Shown: positions 1-11,624 of the stretch, piece after piece
How the letters are laid out: each line of letters opens with the position of its first letter
Numbering within the stretch: the stretch's first letter is position 1
Assembly: GCA_963741425.1 (NCBI GenBank)
Contig: CAVUHP010000010.1
Span: forward strand, 19,939 to 83,938
Reading direction: 5' to 3'
Length of the DNA: 64,000 nt
DNA from: an uncultured delta proteobacterium
GTDB taxonomy: Bacteria > Desulfobacterota > Desulfomonilia > Desulfomonilales > Desulfomonilaceae
Notes under the pieces: generated by a model
Databases searched by the model: none
Told to the model about the DNA's origin: nothing
The model's input: the letters and a program-made list of their open reading frames with translations, nothing else
Position numbers and translations under genes: made by a program

Positions 1-817
1 CCACTATAAGCGCCCAGGCAAAATCCTTGAGGGCAGTAGTTTCAAAGACCAAAAAAGCTACGACGGAAAGCATTGTGAATCCGCTGGTGAGCACGGTCCT
101 GGAAAGCGTCTGGTTGATAGAATCGTTGAAGACCTGAATAAGCGGCTGTTTCTTCATAATCTTGAGATTGTCCCTTATTCTGTCACATACAACTATAGTG
201 TCGTTAACATCGTAACCTATAATGGTCAACATCGCGGCAAGAATTGTCAGATTGAATTCCTTGCCTGTCCAAGCGAAAAATCCATAAACAATTAGCAGGT
301 CGTGAACAAGGCAGAAAATAGCCCCCAAACCCATCGTGAAAGTAAAGCGGCCTGCCATATAAATTAGAAGCAGTCCAAGAGCGATAACTGTGGCCCAGAT
401 TGCAGATTCCTGAAGATCCTTCCCAACCTTTGGGCCTACCGCCTCAAGGCTACGTATTTCTGCGCTGCCTTTGCCAAATTTAGTCTCCAGCAGTTCTTTT
501 ATCCGTTGCGAGAGTTTTTCCGCTCCCCCTTCAGGCAATTCCATCCTGAGTACAAATTCTTCAGTGGCCGCTGAGAACTTCTGGACTACAACATTTTCCC
601 CCAAAGGCGCCAAAGCTTCCCTTACGTGATCGGTATCTACTGTTTTGTTGAAGCGAATCTGGGCTACAACACCACCGCTGAAGTCTATCCCGAGACGCAC
701 ATGGCCTTTGATCGGAATGGATAACAAGGCCAGAACGAGCATCACGCTAGTAAACGCGTACGCATAGTATCGATTTCCAAGAAAATTTATATTCGTGTTG
801 GGTTTTATTAGCTCCAC
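1..817 (-). CDS. secF: protein translocase subunit SecF (3' end runs off the window)
   Basis: My own minus-strand translation from GTG at 817 gives VELIKPNTNINFLGNRYYAYAF...GIDFSGGV...LIYMAGRFTFTMG..., a multi-TM SecF-like sequence directly downstream of secD. It is absent from the ORF track because it is open at the window edge. Confidence 0.8.
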   Translation of the reverse strand, partial: MELIKPNTNINFLGNRYYAYAFTSVMLVLALLSIPIKGHVRLGIDFSGGVVAQIRFNKTVDTDHVREALAPLGENVVVQKFSAATEEFVLRMELPEGGAEKLSQRIKELLETKFGKGSAEIRSLEAVGPKVGKDLQESAIWATVIALGLLLIYMAGRFTFTMGLGAIFCLVHDLLIVYGFFAWTGKEFNLTILAAMLTIIGYDVNDTIVVCDRIRDNLKIMKKQPLIQVFNDSINQTLSRTVLTSGFTMLSVVAFLVFETTALKDFAWALIV

Positions 818-877
818 CGGTCGTATCCTTCTGATTCCGTGAAATATACTTTGTTCAAATCTTCACCGGCCCTATAT

Positions 878-2482
878 TCAAATGCTCAGACGCGTAATTC
901 GTTTAATATCAAAGAAGAAATCAAAAATAGTGCGGGTGAGGAAATAAGCTGTAAACAGGGAGATCACAAGCCCTATGCATAAAGTAACCGCAAAACCTTT
1001 GATCGGCCCCGTGCCAAACTGGATGAGGGGAAGAGCCGCCAGAATATTGGTGACGTGTGTATCCAAAATAGTTATAAAAGCCTTGGTATATCCGTTGTCC
1101 ATGGCAGCCTTAGCTGACTTCCCCATTCGTAGTTCTTCTCTGACCCGCTCGAATATCAAAATATTTGCATCGATGGCCATACCAATGGTCAGAGCGACGC
1201 CGGCAAGTCCCGGAAGTGTCAGTGTGGCCCGCAGCCCAGGCGAAACCATGACAGCCATAATTAGTAAGAGGTTCGTGATGAGAGCAATAATCGCCACGAT
1301 CCCCGACCATTTATAATAAATTGTCATACCAATAGCGATAAGGATTATGCCCAACAATATTGCGTCGCGGCCGAGGCGGATCGAATCCTCACCCAATGAG
1401 GGCCCAACGTTCCGTTCCTCCAGAATTTTGACCGGAGCCGGTAACGAACCAGCGCGGAGAACCAACGCGAGGTCATGTGCTTCTTCGGGCGTGAATGTTC
1501 CCTCGATTATGGCGGCCCCACCCGCGATTCGGTCTTTGATCACGGGGGCGGAATATACTCTGTTGTCCAAAATGATTGCGAGTCTTTCTCGAACATGCTC
1601 CCCGGTTATTCTCTCGAATGCAGTAGCCCCTTGTCGATTAAAATCCATGTGAACGATCATTCGGCCCATATTGTCCGGATGAACTTTTGCATCCGTAATT
1701 ACATCTCCGGTGAGAAGAATCTGTTTCTTTATGAGATATGGGGTGCGAATGACGGCCTTTGATTGCGGATTTCGATTCACTTGATATAGGATCTCGTCGC
1801 CGGGTGGCATATCTCCTTTTTGAGCCGCGGCCAGATCACCTTTTTCGTCTACAAGCTTAAATTCCAGTCGGGCTGTTCTTTTGATAATGTCTATCGCTCG
1901 ACTAAGATCTTCCGCCAACCCAGGTAGCTGAACTACAATCCTGTCGGTTCCTTGAATTGTGACATCGGGTTCGGCCACACCGAATTGATCGACACGATTT
2001 CTGATCGTGTCCACTGCCTGACGTACAGCCCGTTGACTAGTCGCTTCAATTACCTTTGCATCGAGTTGAAGCTGAATTTCAAAACCCTTTTCGGTGGAGC
2101 CGGAAGAAATCTTCCTAAAATTCTGCAGCTTATCGAGCACTTTTCCATCAAAAACCGGCTCCTGCTCGGGATCTTTCAAATAGACGGTCAACCCGGTAGA
2201 TGAAGTCCGCACGACATCGTTGTATCGAATCTTTTCATCTTTCATAAGGGCCGACGTCTCCGAGATTGCCTGGTCCACAAGCGCTTCGACAGCCTTGTCC
2301 GCTTCAACTTCGAGCACGAGGTAAAGGCCGCCCTGAAGATCAAGGCCTAACCGAACAGGGTTGTTCGGGAGATATTTTGCCCACCACGGCGGCACCGGCC
2401 CAAGGGAAGGATAGACCAAGAAGAAACTCGCCGCCAGGACTGCCACTATTAATGCTATGCGCCATTGCAGGCTCTGAATCAT
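878..2482 (-). CDS. secD: protein translocase subunit SecD
   Basis: 534-aa ORF with an N-terminal TM, a large periplasmic domain and a C-terminal 5-TM block (GLAGVALTIGMAIDANILIFERVREE). It sits in yajC-secD-secF synteny. Confidence 0.9.
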   Translation of the reverse strand: MIQSLQWRIALIVAVLAASFFLVYPSLGPVPPWWAKYLPNNPVRLGLDLQGGLYLVLEVEADKAVEALVDQAISETSALMKDEKIRYNDVVRTSSTGLTVYLKDPEQEPVFDGKVLDKLQNFRKISSGSTEKGFEIQLQLDAKVIEATSQRAVRQAVDTIRNRVDQFGVAEPDVTIQGTDRIVVQLPGLAEDLSRAIDIIKRTARLEFKLVDEKGDLAAAQKGDMPPGDEILYQVNRNPQSKAVIRTPYLIKKQILLTGDVITDAKVHPDNMGRMIVHMDFNRQGATAFERITGEHVRERLAIILDNRVYSAPVIKDRIAGGAAIIEGTFTPEEAHDLALVLRAGSLPAPVKILEERNVGPSLGEDSIRLGRDAILLGIILIAIGMTIYYKWSGIVAIIALITNLLLIMAVMVSPGLRATLTLPGLAGVALTIGMAIDANILIFERVREELRMGKSAKAAMDNGYTKAFITILDTHVTNILAALPLIQFGTGPIKGFAVTLCIGLVISLFTAYFLTRTIFDFFFDIKRITRLSI

Positions 2483-2498
2483 CTTTATGCACTCCTAA

Positions 2499-4041
<1,543 letters not shown>

Positions 4042-4083
4042 CTATTCAGCGTTAGAATGGGGGGCACCTTGAAATGAATTTAT

Positions 4084-5787
4084 TCACGATGTTCCGGACT
4101 TCTTGTCTGTTTGGGGAAAGTACACGTGGAAAGTTGTTCCTATCCCTAGCTCACTTTCTACAAGGATTTCTCCACCCATCTTCTTAATGATACCGTAGCA
4201 TATCGAAAGTCCCAGGCCGGTACCCTGACCAACCGGCTTGGTTGTAAAAAATGGCTCAAAAACTCGCATTAGATTTGCTTCGGGAATCCCCGGGCCATCA
4301 TCAGCTACATCTACTATCACACTATTGTCATCGACTCGGCTGGTCACGCTGATGGTTCCACCTTTGTCTCCCATAGCATCCAGGCTGTTGTTCATCAAAT
4401 TAAGAAGCACTTGCTGAACTTCAGATGGCGAAACATTCACCAATGGAAGGCTATCCTGAAGATTTGTATTCACCTGCACATTGCTGTAATGCGCCCTCTG
4501 CTGGCACAAATCCACCACCTCTTTGATTAGTTCGTTCAGTTGGGTGGTTTTTACAGTTGGTTCCGTTTTCCTGGCAAAACTCAAGAGCTTGTGTGTAATC
4601 TCCTTGCAACGCCTTCCCTGGGTTTGCATCCTGTTCAGAGATTTATTGAATTCGTCTAAGTTCGGCAATGACTTAAGGTCCTCTTCCTCCAGTAAATCTT
4701 GCATCCAACCTGCTTCCTGCAACATTATACCCAGCGGATTGTTGACCTCATGGGCCACTCCGGCTGCCAATTCACCCAGGGAAGCCAGTTTGCCCGCTTC
4801 GATCAGCTGCTGATTAATAGTCTGCTTTTCTTGGGCTTCCTGAGCAATGTGCCTTACCATTCGTTGGGAGAGGAATACGCTGCCTACAGCTATACCGAGA
4901 ATCCCGATGAAGAAGACCAGTATGGCTGATCTGCGAGCGGCATACAATTCCGCGTATGCTTCTTCTGCACTTTGATGGTGGACCAAAACCCAACCACCAT
5001 CGTTCAGTCGGGTCATAAGATCGAGGGATTCGCTTTCTTCACCATCGGACCTTTGGACAATTCCGACCTCATCATCCGATCCTGGTTTGGAAGCAAGGAA
5101 ATTCAAATAATCGTCTTTCGGCAGAATCGCGGAGCGTTGAATTCCGGCCTGTAACTTTCCTTCTTTATTAAGAATAAACGCAATTCCAACAGGACCGGAG
5201 CCGATGTTCTCAACCAACGTTTTAAACGATTCAAAATTGATGGTGGCACGCAAAAGCCATTTTTGTCCACTTTGTTCCTGTCGAACAGCTAAAGCCAGAT
5301 GAGGAAAACCCCGAAGACCGTAAAAGACATCGCTGACATAGTAATCTTTCCTGAGCGCCTTCTGGAACCATTCAGCCTCCGAATAGTCCGCATTCTGCAG
5401 CTTGTATGGTCCTGCATACGCGACCTGTTTACCAATGTCATTCACTACTCCGAGATCCATGAACGATGGACCGTATTCTTCCTGAAGAATGGCCAGTCTG
5501 TCTCTCAGGAAAGCCCCGTCACTTAGCTGATCAAAGGTAAACGACTTTGCCTGGACTCGCAGTGCACCAATCCTTTCGGTCAGGAAATTCTCAATTAATT
5601 GGCGATGATTGGCTATTGCCAGCTTCGAATTGTTCAGCACCTTATCTCGATAGGAAACTTGAAAATAATGGCGTGTAATGGCCGAAATAAGAATCAGCGG
5701 GATAGCCGATACAATCATTATTGTAAGAGCCATGTTCCTGCGCAGAGATCTGTAATAATACTTATCGTGATCGCTTTCGTGTTTCAT
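4084..5787 (-). CDS. sensor histidine kinase with an extracytoplasmic sensor domain and no adjacent response regulator
   Basis: 567 aa. Two TM segments bracket a sensor region of about 270 aa. It has an H-box (AAGVAHEVNNPL) and HATPase N/G boxes (LLNLMNNSLDAM, DDGPGI, GTGLGLSI). Confidence 0.8.
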   Translation of the reverse strand: MKHESDHDKYYYRSLRRNMALTIMIVSAIPLILISAITRHYFQVSYRDKVLNNSKLAIANHRQLIENFLTERIGALRVQAKSFTFDQLSDGAFLRDRLAILQEEYGPSFMDLGVVNDIGKQVAYAGPYKLQNADYSEAEWFQKALRKDYYVSDVFYGLRGFPHLALAVRQEQSGQKWLLRATINFESFKTLVENIGSGPVGIAFILNKEGKLQAGIQRSAILPKDDYLNFLASKPGSDDEVGIVQRSDGEESESLDLMTRLNDGGWVLVHHQSAEEAYAELYAARRSAILVFFIGILGIAVGSVFLSQRMVRHIAQEAQEKQTINQQLIEAGKLASLGELAAGVAHEVNNPLGIMLQEAGWMQDLLEEEDLKSLPNLDEFNKSLNRMQTQGRRCKEITHKLLSFARKTEPTVKTTQLNELIKEVVDLCQQRAHYSNVQVNTNLQDSLPLVNVSPSEVQQVLLNLMNNSLDAMGDKGGTISVTSRVDDNSVIVDVADDGPGIPEANLMRVFEPFFTTKPVGQGTGLGLSICYGIIKKMGGEILVESELGIGTTFHVYFPQTDKKSGTS

Positions 5788-5852
5788 TGAATTCTTCTTG
5801 TAGCAACTGAAACTCAGCTTCTCTCAGATCTGATTCGGACAAGGGGATTATA

Positions 5853-6698
5853 CTATAAGCCCCTGGCTCCGGTGAGATCGGCGGTCGAGAGATCAACCCC
5901 GTCCAATATTGCTTGCTCCAAATTCGCCCCTGTTAAATCAGCGCCGTCCAGATTTGCTCCGCTGAGGTTCGCTCCTGACAAATTCGCGCCGGTGAGAATC
6001 GCTCCCCACAATGTAGCTTTATTAAGATTTGCCCCGGTCAGATCTGCTTCGGTGAGGGTGACTTTGAACAATCTCGCTGTTGATAGATCTGCTGAAAAAA
6101 GATCGGCCCTGAACAGCACAGCGTTGGACAAATCCGCGCCGGACAAATCAGCTTCGATTAGCCTGGCTCCACTTAGTCGTGCCCGAATGAGCTTGGCCCT
6201 GGATAAATTAACTTTGTGGAGATTTGCGCTCGATAAATCGACATCTCTTAAATTCGCCTTAGACAGATCGGCCCATGCCAGCCGTGCATTTGAAAGATCC
6301 GCCATCATAAGGTTCACGCCTGCCATCTGGGCGCCGGACAAATCGGCTTCCGATAAATTCGTTTTGTAAAGATTCGCTCTCGAAAGATTTGCCTCAATGA
6401 GAAACGCTTTGGCCAAACGACCTGTAAGAATCTTCGCGTCCGACAGATCCGCTCCCGTTAGATCGCTCCCCTCCAAATTAGCCTCGTATAATCTAGCCTC
6501 AGTCAAATTGGCATTTGTTAGCTTAGCTCCACAGAAGATGCCATGGCCCAATTGTGCTCCTCGCAGATCTGCGCCGGCAAGATTTGCAGCGGATAAATCA
6601 ATATGCAATGTCACCGCTTCCTCTATCAAAGACTTCAATGACTCGGCCTCGCCTTCAAAAATGATCTCAGCGCTGAAACGATTTCTAATCAAGTTCAA
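5853..6698 (-). CDS. pentapeptide-repeat protein
   Basis: 281 aa, almost entirely A(D/N)LxG/ANLxx pentads (ADLSGADLSNAVLFRADLFSADLS...). TTG start preceded by a GGGGGAG RBS. It ends 65 nt upstream of the kinase gene. Confidence 0.85.
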   Translation of the reverse strand: MNLIRNRFSAEIIFEGEAESLKSLIEEAVTLHIDLSAANLAGADLRGAQLGHGIFCGAKLTNANLTEARLYEANLEGSDLTGADLSDAKILTGRLAKAFLIEANLSRANLYKTNLSEADLSGAQMAGVNLMMADLSNARLAWADLSKANLRDVDLSSANLHKVNLSRAKLIRARLSGARLIEADLSGADLSNAVLFRADLFSADLSTARLFKVTLTEADLTGANLNKATLWGAILTGANLSGANLSGANLDGADLTGANLEQAILDGVDLSTADLTGARGL

Positions 6699-6973
6699 TC
6701 AAACTCCCCCTCGATCTTAGAAGTATTATCTCGAAAAGACCCCATTATTGCACGTTGTTCTCTCTTCGACCGTTTCTCGGACGATTTGGGATACGAGGCA
6801 GGCTACAATAGCAAATCCCGATATGAAGATGTAGCATACTAGTTCGGAAATCCGCCTCGCTGACAATATGCTTATGATTGTTTCTCAATTCAATGTTGAA
6901 CTGCCAACAAACATCACCGCGCAAGATGAGCTTTTGTGCAATTACGCTGAATTTACAAGATTTGACACCATTT

Positions 6974-7013
6974 AAAAAAATCGAGGATTGAAAAATGCTT
7001 CTCCAATCCTCGA
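6974..7013 (-). terminator. rho-independent terminator downstream of the acyl-CoA dehydrogenase gene
   Basis: Perfect 10-bp stem (TCGAGGATTG / CAATCCTCGA at 6981-6990 and 7004-7013), followed on the minus strand by a T7 run (6974-6980). Confidence 0.6.
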
Positions 7014-7057
7014 TCTACTTGCCTACATTTAAAGCTTGAAAATGTAGCCTTGTCAAA

Positions 7058-8228
7058 TTACCGGTTGGCCTTTTTTATTCCAAGTGCGTCGGTAGCTATG
7101 ATCATCTTCATTATGTTGCTTGAACCTTCAAGGATCTTATAAACCTTGCCGTCCCTCAGAATTCGTGCAATCGGATATTCATTGGAATATCCATACGCGC
7201 CGAGGACCTCGAGGGCGAGATCCGGTACGTTGTCCGCAGCGCGCGATGCGTAGTATTTTGCGAGGCACGTCTCACGCATATTATTGACCAGTCCTCGGTC
7301 CTTCTGAATTGCGCATCGCCAGACCAGTGCCCTGGCAGCCTCGGTTTCCGCCACCATCTGGGCGATAACTTCCTGAACCATCTGGAATTGCGCAATTGGT
7401 TGACCGAACTGGTTGCGTTCGGTAGCATATTTAATGGCCACATCCAAAGCGGCTTGACACGAACCGACTGCTCCCGCCGCGGCTGATAGTCTGCGTACTG
7501 ATCAGTTCTTTCATTAAGTTCCCGAAACCGTCGCCTTCTTTTCCCAGAAGATTAGCGGCAGGCACTTTCACATCTTCCATGATGATTTCGCCGGTTGGAC
7601 AGGACCAGATTCCGAGTTTGTCAGGTATTGCAGGTGCGGTAACTCCGGGCGAATGCATGTCCATAACAAACGCGCTCATGCCCCTGTGTTTGGCTTTTCT
7701 ATCCGTCATGGCGAAAATTATCGACATATCCGCCACGGGCGACCACGTTATCCACATTTTACGGCCGTTGATAATGTAGTTGTCACCGTCTTTAACGGCA
7801 GTGGTCGACATTGCAGCCGTATCGGAGCCCGCATCGGGTTCCGTAATTCCAAAACAGCCGATCATTTCCGCAGACATCAGTGCGGGAATATACTTCCGCT
7901 TCAGGTCTTCGCTGCCCCATTTGAGGATCGACATCGCGGTCCCCATAGTCTGCATGTTGAATCCAACTCTGAGAGAGCCTGACACCCTACCAATTTCCTC
8001 CGTAACTATGGCATGGGCCAGGTACCCCATTCCGTTTCCGCCGTATTCCTCCGGAACAGGGCAGCCGAACAAACCGAGTTCGGCCATCTTGTTAACCAGC
8101 TCTCGTTGAAAACGATGTTCGTTCTCGTCCTTCTCCGCGACTGGGGCAATTTCATTCTCCGCGAATTTTCGCACGGTGTCCCGGAGCATTATATGCTCCT
8201 CAGTCAACTCCACGTCGGTACTCATCAC
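7058..8228 (-). pseudogene. acyl-CoA dehydrogenase (short/butyryl-CoA type) interrupted by one frameshift near 7480-7490
   Basis: ORFs 7431..8228 and 7058..7447 lie in different frames. Reading the downstream frame upstream restores AAAGAVGSCQAALDVAIKYATERNQFGQPI. The joined length of about 385 aa is typical for ACADs. Confidence 0.8.
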
Positions 8229-8627
8229 TCATAATCCAATCTCCTCCCGGAACAATACTCCGGAACTATCCTTATTCTTCAGAAAAAGGAAGGCAAGGGC
8301 CACTAGATAATGCGCACCTCCGGATAAGGCGAACAATCGCCCCTCCGTCCGTGATGGGAAAAAGTCGTCAGCCTTACAGAACTCCAGCATGTACCTATTA
8401 CCAAAGTAGCGACGAAACCGTCAAGAAGTAACAATCAGGTTGTATATCCACCAAGTCACATAACGCGGGCCATTGCGAGGAATGTCCCATTTTGTGGGGC
8501 AGTGATGACAATTCCGGCCACTGTTGTAGGGTCCTGCTTGGAATTTCTTATTTTTCGGCAAAAGATTAGTCTGAGAGGAGCTTTTCTTTTTTGCGGCAAC
8601 GCGACCAATCTCGGCAAAGACGCCATA

Positions 8628-9716
8628 TCAGGTGTTCTTGAAAGGAGCGGTGGGGGGGGCTTCTTGCAAAAATTTTCCTCCGGCGGTCTTTTCCTTCTTT
8701 GATCGCGCCAGCAGGATAATCATGAATACTATGCCCACCACTACCGCAAACCACAGAGTGCAGAGTCTGATCAGTATCACAGCGGGCAGACCTTCGGTGT
8801 ATGAGATTCCCATGAATTTGAAAATCCCGATCATGCTGACCTCGGTTCCGCCAATGCCACCCGGCAACATGGATAGGGCTCCGACAATCGTGGAAAAACA
8901 GTAGGCGAAGTTCGCTTCCAGTAAAGTCGAGGGAAGTTCAAGCCCATGCAATATCAGATAGAGTGATATTGATTCCATTCCCCATGCGACGGTTGATACC
9001 AGCAGCCCTACGACAAATATCCGAGGCGTCATCAGATCACGACCCGTAGCCAAGATCCCGAGAACACGACCGCTTATCCAAGAGAGAAAAGAGATGCGGC
9101 CGCAAAACTCAAGGGCCGGGCGATAAAGACGCTCAGTGCAAAGGAAAATCCCAGCGGCAATCACCGCTGCCGCGCAAAGAAGAAACAAGTGCGACCAGCC
9201 GGTAAAGAGCACCAGAGAAAATAGTCCCAGCAAAAGCACGCCCCAGAGATCCATCAGTCGTTCCATCATGACAATGCCTAAAACACGCGTTACCGGAATA
9301 TTGTAATCCTGCTTGAAGAATACGGCTTTTACTGCTTCCCCTATTTTTCCTGGTGTACCGGTCAGCGCAAATCCCGCCAAAAAACCTGCTATTGAATATC
9401 CGAGAGGGACTTCATTGTTCTTTTGCTTCAAATAATAATAAAATCGCCAGCCTCTAAGGAGCCAGCCAATTAATACCAGTCCGACGACCTCGCACAATAC
9501 TAATGTCGGAAATCTCAACAAAGAAGCCACGATCGTTTTATAATCAGATGCAACTGTCGCTCCGGCATAAAGGACCACTCCTGCGACCACGAATATCAAT
9601 ATGGACCTGATAACGCGGGGTGATACAAATGCTGATGGGCTCTCCATCAAAACCGTGTCCGGAGCCTTTTTATCGTGCTTTATTGTTTCACTGGGCGGTA
9701 GTGTCTGCATGAGCAT
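8628..9716 (-). CDS. lysylphosphatidylglycerol-synthase-TM-like (UPF0104/flippase-like) membrane protein
   Basis: 362 aa, polytopic, with the family-typical LPGGIGGTE motif near the C-terminus. Confidence 0.6.
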   Translation of the reverse strand: MLMQTLPPSETIKHDKKAPDTVLMESPSAFVSPRVIRSILIFVVAGVVLYAGATVASDYKTIVASLLRFPTLVLCEVVGLVLIGWLLRGWRFYYYLKQKNNEVPLGYSIAGFLAGFALTGTPGKIGEAVKAVFFKQDYNIPVTRVLGIVMMERLMDLWGVLLLGLFSLVLFTGWSHLFLLCAAAVIAAGIFLCTERLYRPALEFCGRISFLSWISGRVLGILATGRDLMTPRIFVVGLLVSTVAWGMESISLYLILHGLELPSTLLEANFAYCFSTIVGALSMLPGGIGGTEVSMIGIFKFMGISYTEGLPAVILIRLCTLWFAVVVGIVFMIILLARSKKEKTAGGKFLQEAPPTAPFKNT

Positions 9717-9746
9717 ATTATTGTAGAGGAAAGGAATAAAAGCGGG

Positions 9747-10220
9747 TCAATATCGAGGCGGAAAATAGAGGCATTTGCTGCTGAAGGTATTCCACGATTG
9801 ATCCAATTGCTGTTTGAGGCCCTGAACGTACCAGGTTATTTGCGGGTAAATAGGATCTTTGGTACTCACCGTCATTGCCCGCTGGAACTCGGCCGAGTAT
9901 CTATACCAATTTGCTTGCCAGGTTCTTTCTAATCCTAAACATTCACCGTATTGCTCGTTGCTCAGATCCCCTCGAAATGCATACTCTCCCTGCACCTGCT
10001 GCTGGACAGGAGGTCCCGGAGCCGGCGGTTGCATGGGCTGTGCGGGCACGGTCTGCGGATAACCTGGCGCAGGTTGTGCCGGAGGATACCCGGGCGCCTG
10101 GCACCACGCTGCACTAGGCCCAATTATCAGCAACATGCTCCAAGCGAGCGCAACGAACGGACGCCCACCTGAAAAAACTTTGAGAAAGCGACAGATCATA
10201 GCCGCCCCCTCGTACTTCAT
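9747..10220 (-). CDS. hypothetical secreted Pro/Gln-rich protein
   Basis: 157-aa ORF with a signal-like segment (ALAWSMLLIIGPSAAWCQA), PGYPxxQP repeats and a Trp/Tyr-rich C-terminal domain. I recognise no family. Confidence 0.4.
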   Translation of the reverse strand: MKYEGAAMICRFLKVFSGGRPFVALAWSMLLIIGPSAAWCQAPGYPPAQPAPGYPQTVPAQPMQPPAPGPPVQQQVQGEYAFRGDLSNEQYGECLGLERTWQANWYRYSAEFQRAMTVSTKDPIYPQITWYVQGLKQQLDQSWNTFSSKCLYFPPRY

Positions 10221-10478
10221 CTTAATAAAATTGGTGGGTTGTAGTCAAGCGACAAAAATGTCTCGAACGCGGGCCATGTTGGCGAAAACTTCTTGCCATC
10301 GGTATATGCGGAATTTTCGCCAGTCCACCTTAGGAATTCTTAATTCGTTGGAAGATAGTCATCCCCAGCCAATCGCCTCCTTAATGCAATCCCGCGGCTT
10401 TTTCTTGGTTCTCAGGCGGAGCCTCATAAGCGCTAACTTTCGATGAAAGATCTTGGTTTCCAACTCGCCCTCTCCCTA

Positions 10479-10533
10479 CCCTCTCCCGCAAGGGGAGAGG
10501 GATTTGGAATCCCCCTCCCTCGACGGGAGGGGG
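10479..10533. repeat. two GC-rich REP-like hairpins
   Basis: CCCTCTCCC-GCAA-GGGGAGAGGG (10479-10501) and CCCCCTCCC-TCGAC-GGGAGGGGG (10511-10533), immediately left of mini-element copy 1. Confidence 0.6.
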
Positions 10534-10566
10534 AAGGGGGAGGGTGACATATATTTGAAATAACGA

Positions 10567-10740
10567 GGGGAAAATGGGACATTCTACTTTTTTGCCTGCC
10601 ACCGCGTTGCCGCGGTTCAAAACGTGGTAGCAAATACCTCCGATGGAAGCTCGTGCGGTTCTTGGCATGCACCATGTTACCATAAAGGCCGGTCAGGAAG
10701 ACACCAAACGGTAACACAAAAGAAGAATGTCCCCTTTTCC
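10567..10740 (-). mobile_element. decayed RAYT/IS200-like (Y1 transposase) mini-element, copy 1
   Basis: Bounded by the inverted repeats GGGACATTCTACTTTT (left) and AAAGAAGAATGTCCC (right). It retains only the first ~24 codons of a Y1 transposase (MPRTARASIGGICYHVLNRGNA), fused by internal deletion to the left repeat. Confidence 0.6.
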
Positions 10741-10817
10741 TCCCATTTCTAATGAGTTTTGGGGATTTGAAATACAATCGAAAACGTGACAGAAGAAAAT
10801 GTGCTTCAATTCCTCGG

Positions 10818-11237
10818 TCAATAGGTGGCGGCAGATCCTATCGCTTTGAGGGCTTCTTTTGGTTTCGATTCTTCAAGGGGATACTCTTGGGACAAGACCT
10901 CCGTGGGCAAGTGCAACAACTTGCTCAATGTGCGAACATCCCCGAGCGTCAAAGCCCTCCTACAATTGAGGATGTCTGAAACCCTTCCGCTGCTCTTACC
11001 CAAGTGTTCCATCAAGTCCTTCCGAGTAAGACCCAGATCCTCCATGCGAATCTTTATCGCCTCGATGGGGTGAGGCATACCAAGGGGAAAGTGTTTCTCC
11101 TCATAGGCATCCACCAAGGTTACGAGAATCTCCAATTCGTCATCCTCCGGTGAACCCGGCTCAGCCTGGAAAATCTCATCAATTCTCTTGCATGCCGCGT
11201 CATAATCTTCTTCTGTGCGTATTGGTCTGATATTCAT
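10818..11237 (-). CDS. higA: HigA-family antitoxin (HTH/XRE domain)
   Basis: 139 aa. The N-terminal helical region plus HTH (LGLTRKDLMEHLGKSSGRVSDILNCRRALTL) is typical of HigA partners of HigB toxins. Its start lies 16 nt after the higB stop. Confidence 0.8.
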   Translation of the reverse strand: MNIRPIRTEEDYDAACKRIDEIFQAEPGSPEDDELEILVTLVDAYEEKHFPLGMPHPIEAIKIRMEDLGLTRKDLMEHLGKSSGRVSDILNCRRALTLGDVRTLSKLLHLPTEVLSQEYPLEESKPKEALKAIGSAATY

Positions 11238-11252
11238 GAGAATGACTCCTCG

Positions 11253-11557
11253 CTAATAGATCTTCACCGTTTCGGCAGCAACCTTGTCGTATTCTGCGTG
11301 AGTCCCCAAGAAGCGTATGAACACGACCTGTCTTCGGTAATTGATCTCGCCGATGAGACGATAATCGTTCCCCTTGATGTCAAAGACGACTCTGTTATGA
11401 GTCACGAAATCAACCGTATTTCCAAAAAGCCTTTTTATGTCTGCCGGACCTTCCCATTTCCCCTCTTTCGCTAGGTGATACCAGTGATTAGCGGGCCCCG
11501 GGCCTGCGGATGATCTTCACCGAACTTCAGAAGGACGCTTCGCTTGATGACCCTCAT
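11253..11557 (-). pseudogene. higB: HigB-family mRNA-interferase toxin, frameshifted after about 21 codons
   Basis: My own translation gives MRVIKRSVLLKFGEDHPQARGP in one frame. A second frame gives NHWYHLAKEGKWEGPADIKRLFGNTVDFVTHNRVVFDIKGNDYRLIGEINYRRQVVFIRFLGTHAEYDKV...*. The shift lies in the GGGCCCCGGGCC run near 11493-11505. Neither piece is in the ORF track. Confidence 0.75.
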
Positions 11558-11573
11558 ATTTGTATAATACCTA

Positions 11574-11588
11574 CTCCCAAAATGGGAG
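11574..11588. promoter_or_regulatory. perfect palindrome upstream of higB (candidate HigA operator)
   Basis: CTCCCA-AAA-TGGGAG lies 17 nt upstream of the higB ATG, next to a TATTAT -10-like hexamer on the minus strand. Confidence 0.3.
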
Positions 11589-11624
11589 TAAAGGAATTGT
11601 TTCCTGACTTACCCTTCCAACCCC

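Noticed and set aside
5872-6720. Long plus-strand ORFs (165 aa and 107 aa) antisense to the first pentapeptide-repeat gene; similarly 28300-28868 and 28951-29622 opposite the second one
   Set aside because: Their sequences are low-complexity Ser/Ala/Pro/Arg strings generated by the 15-nt periodicity of the pentapeptide coding strand. The minus-strand products have the canonical A(D/N)LxX repeat and proper RBS/start contexts.
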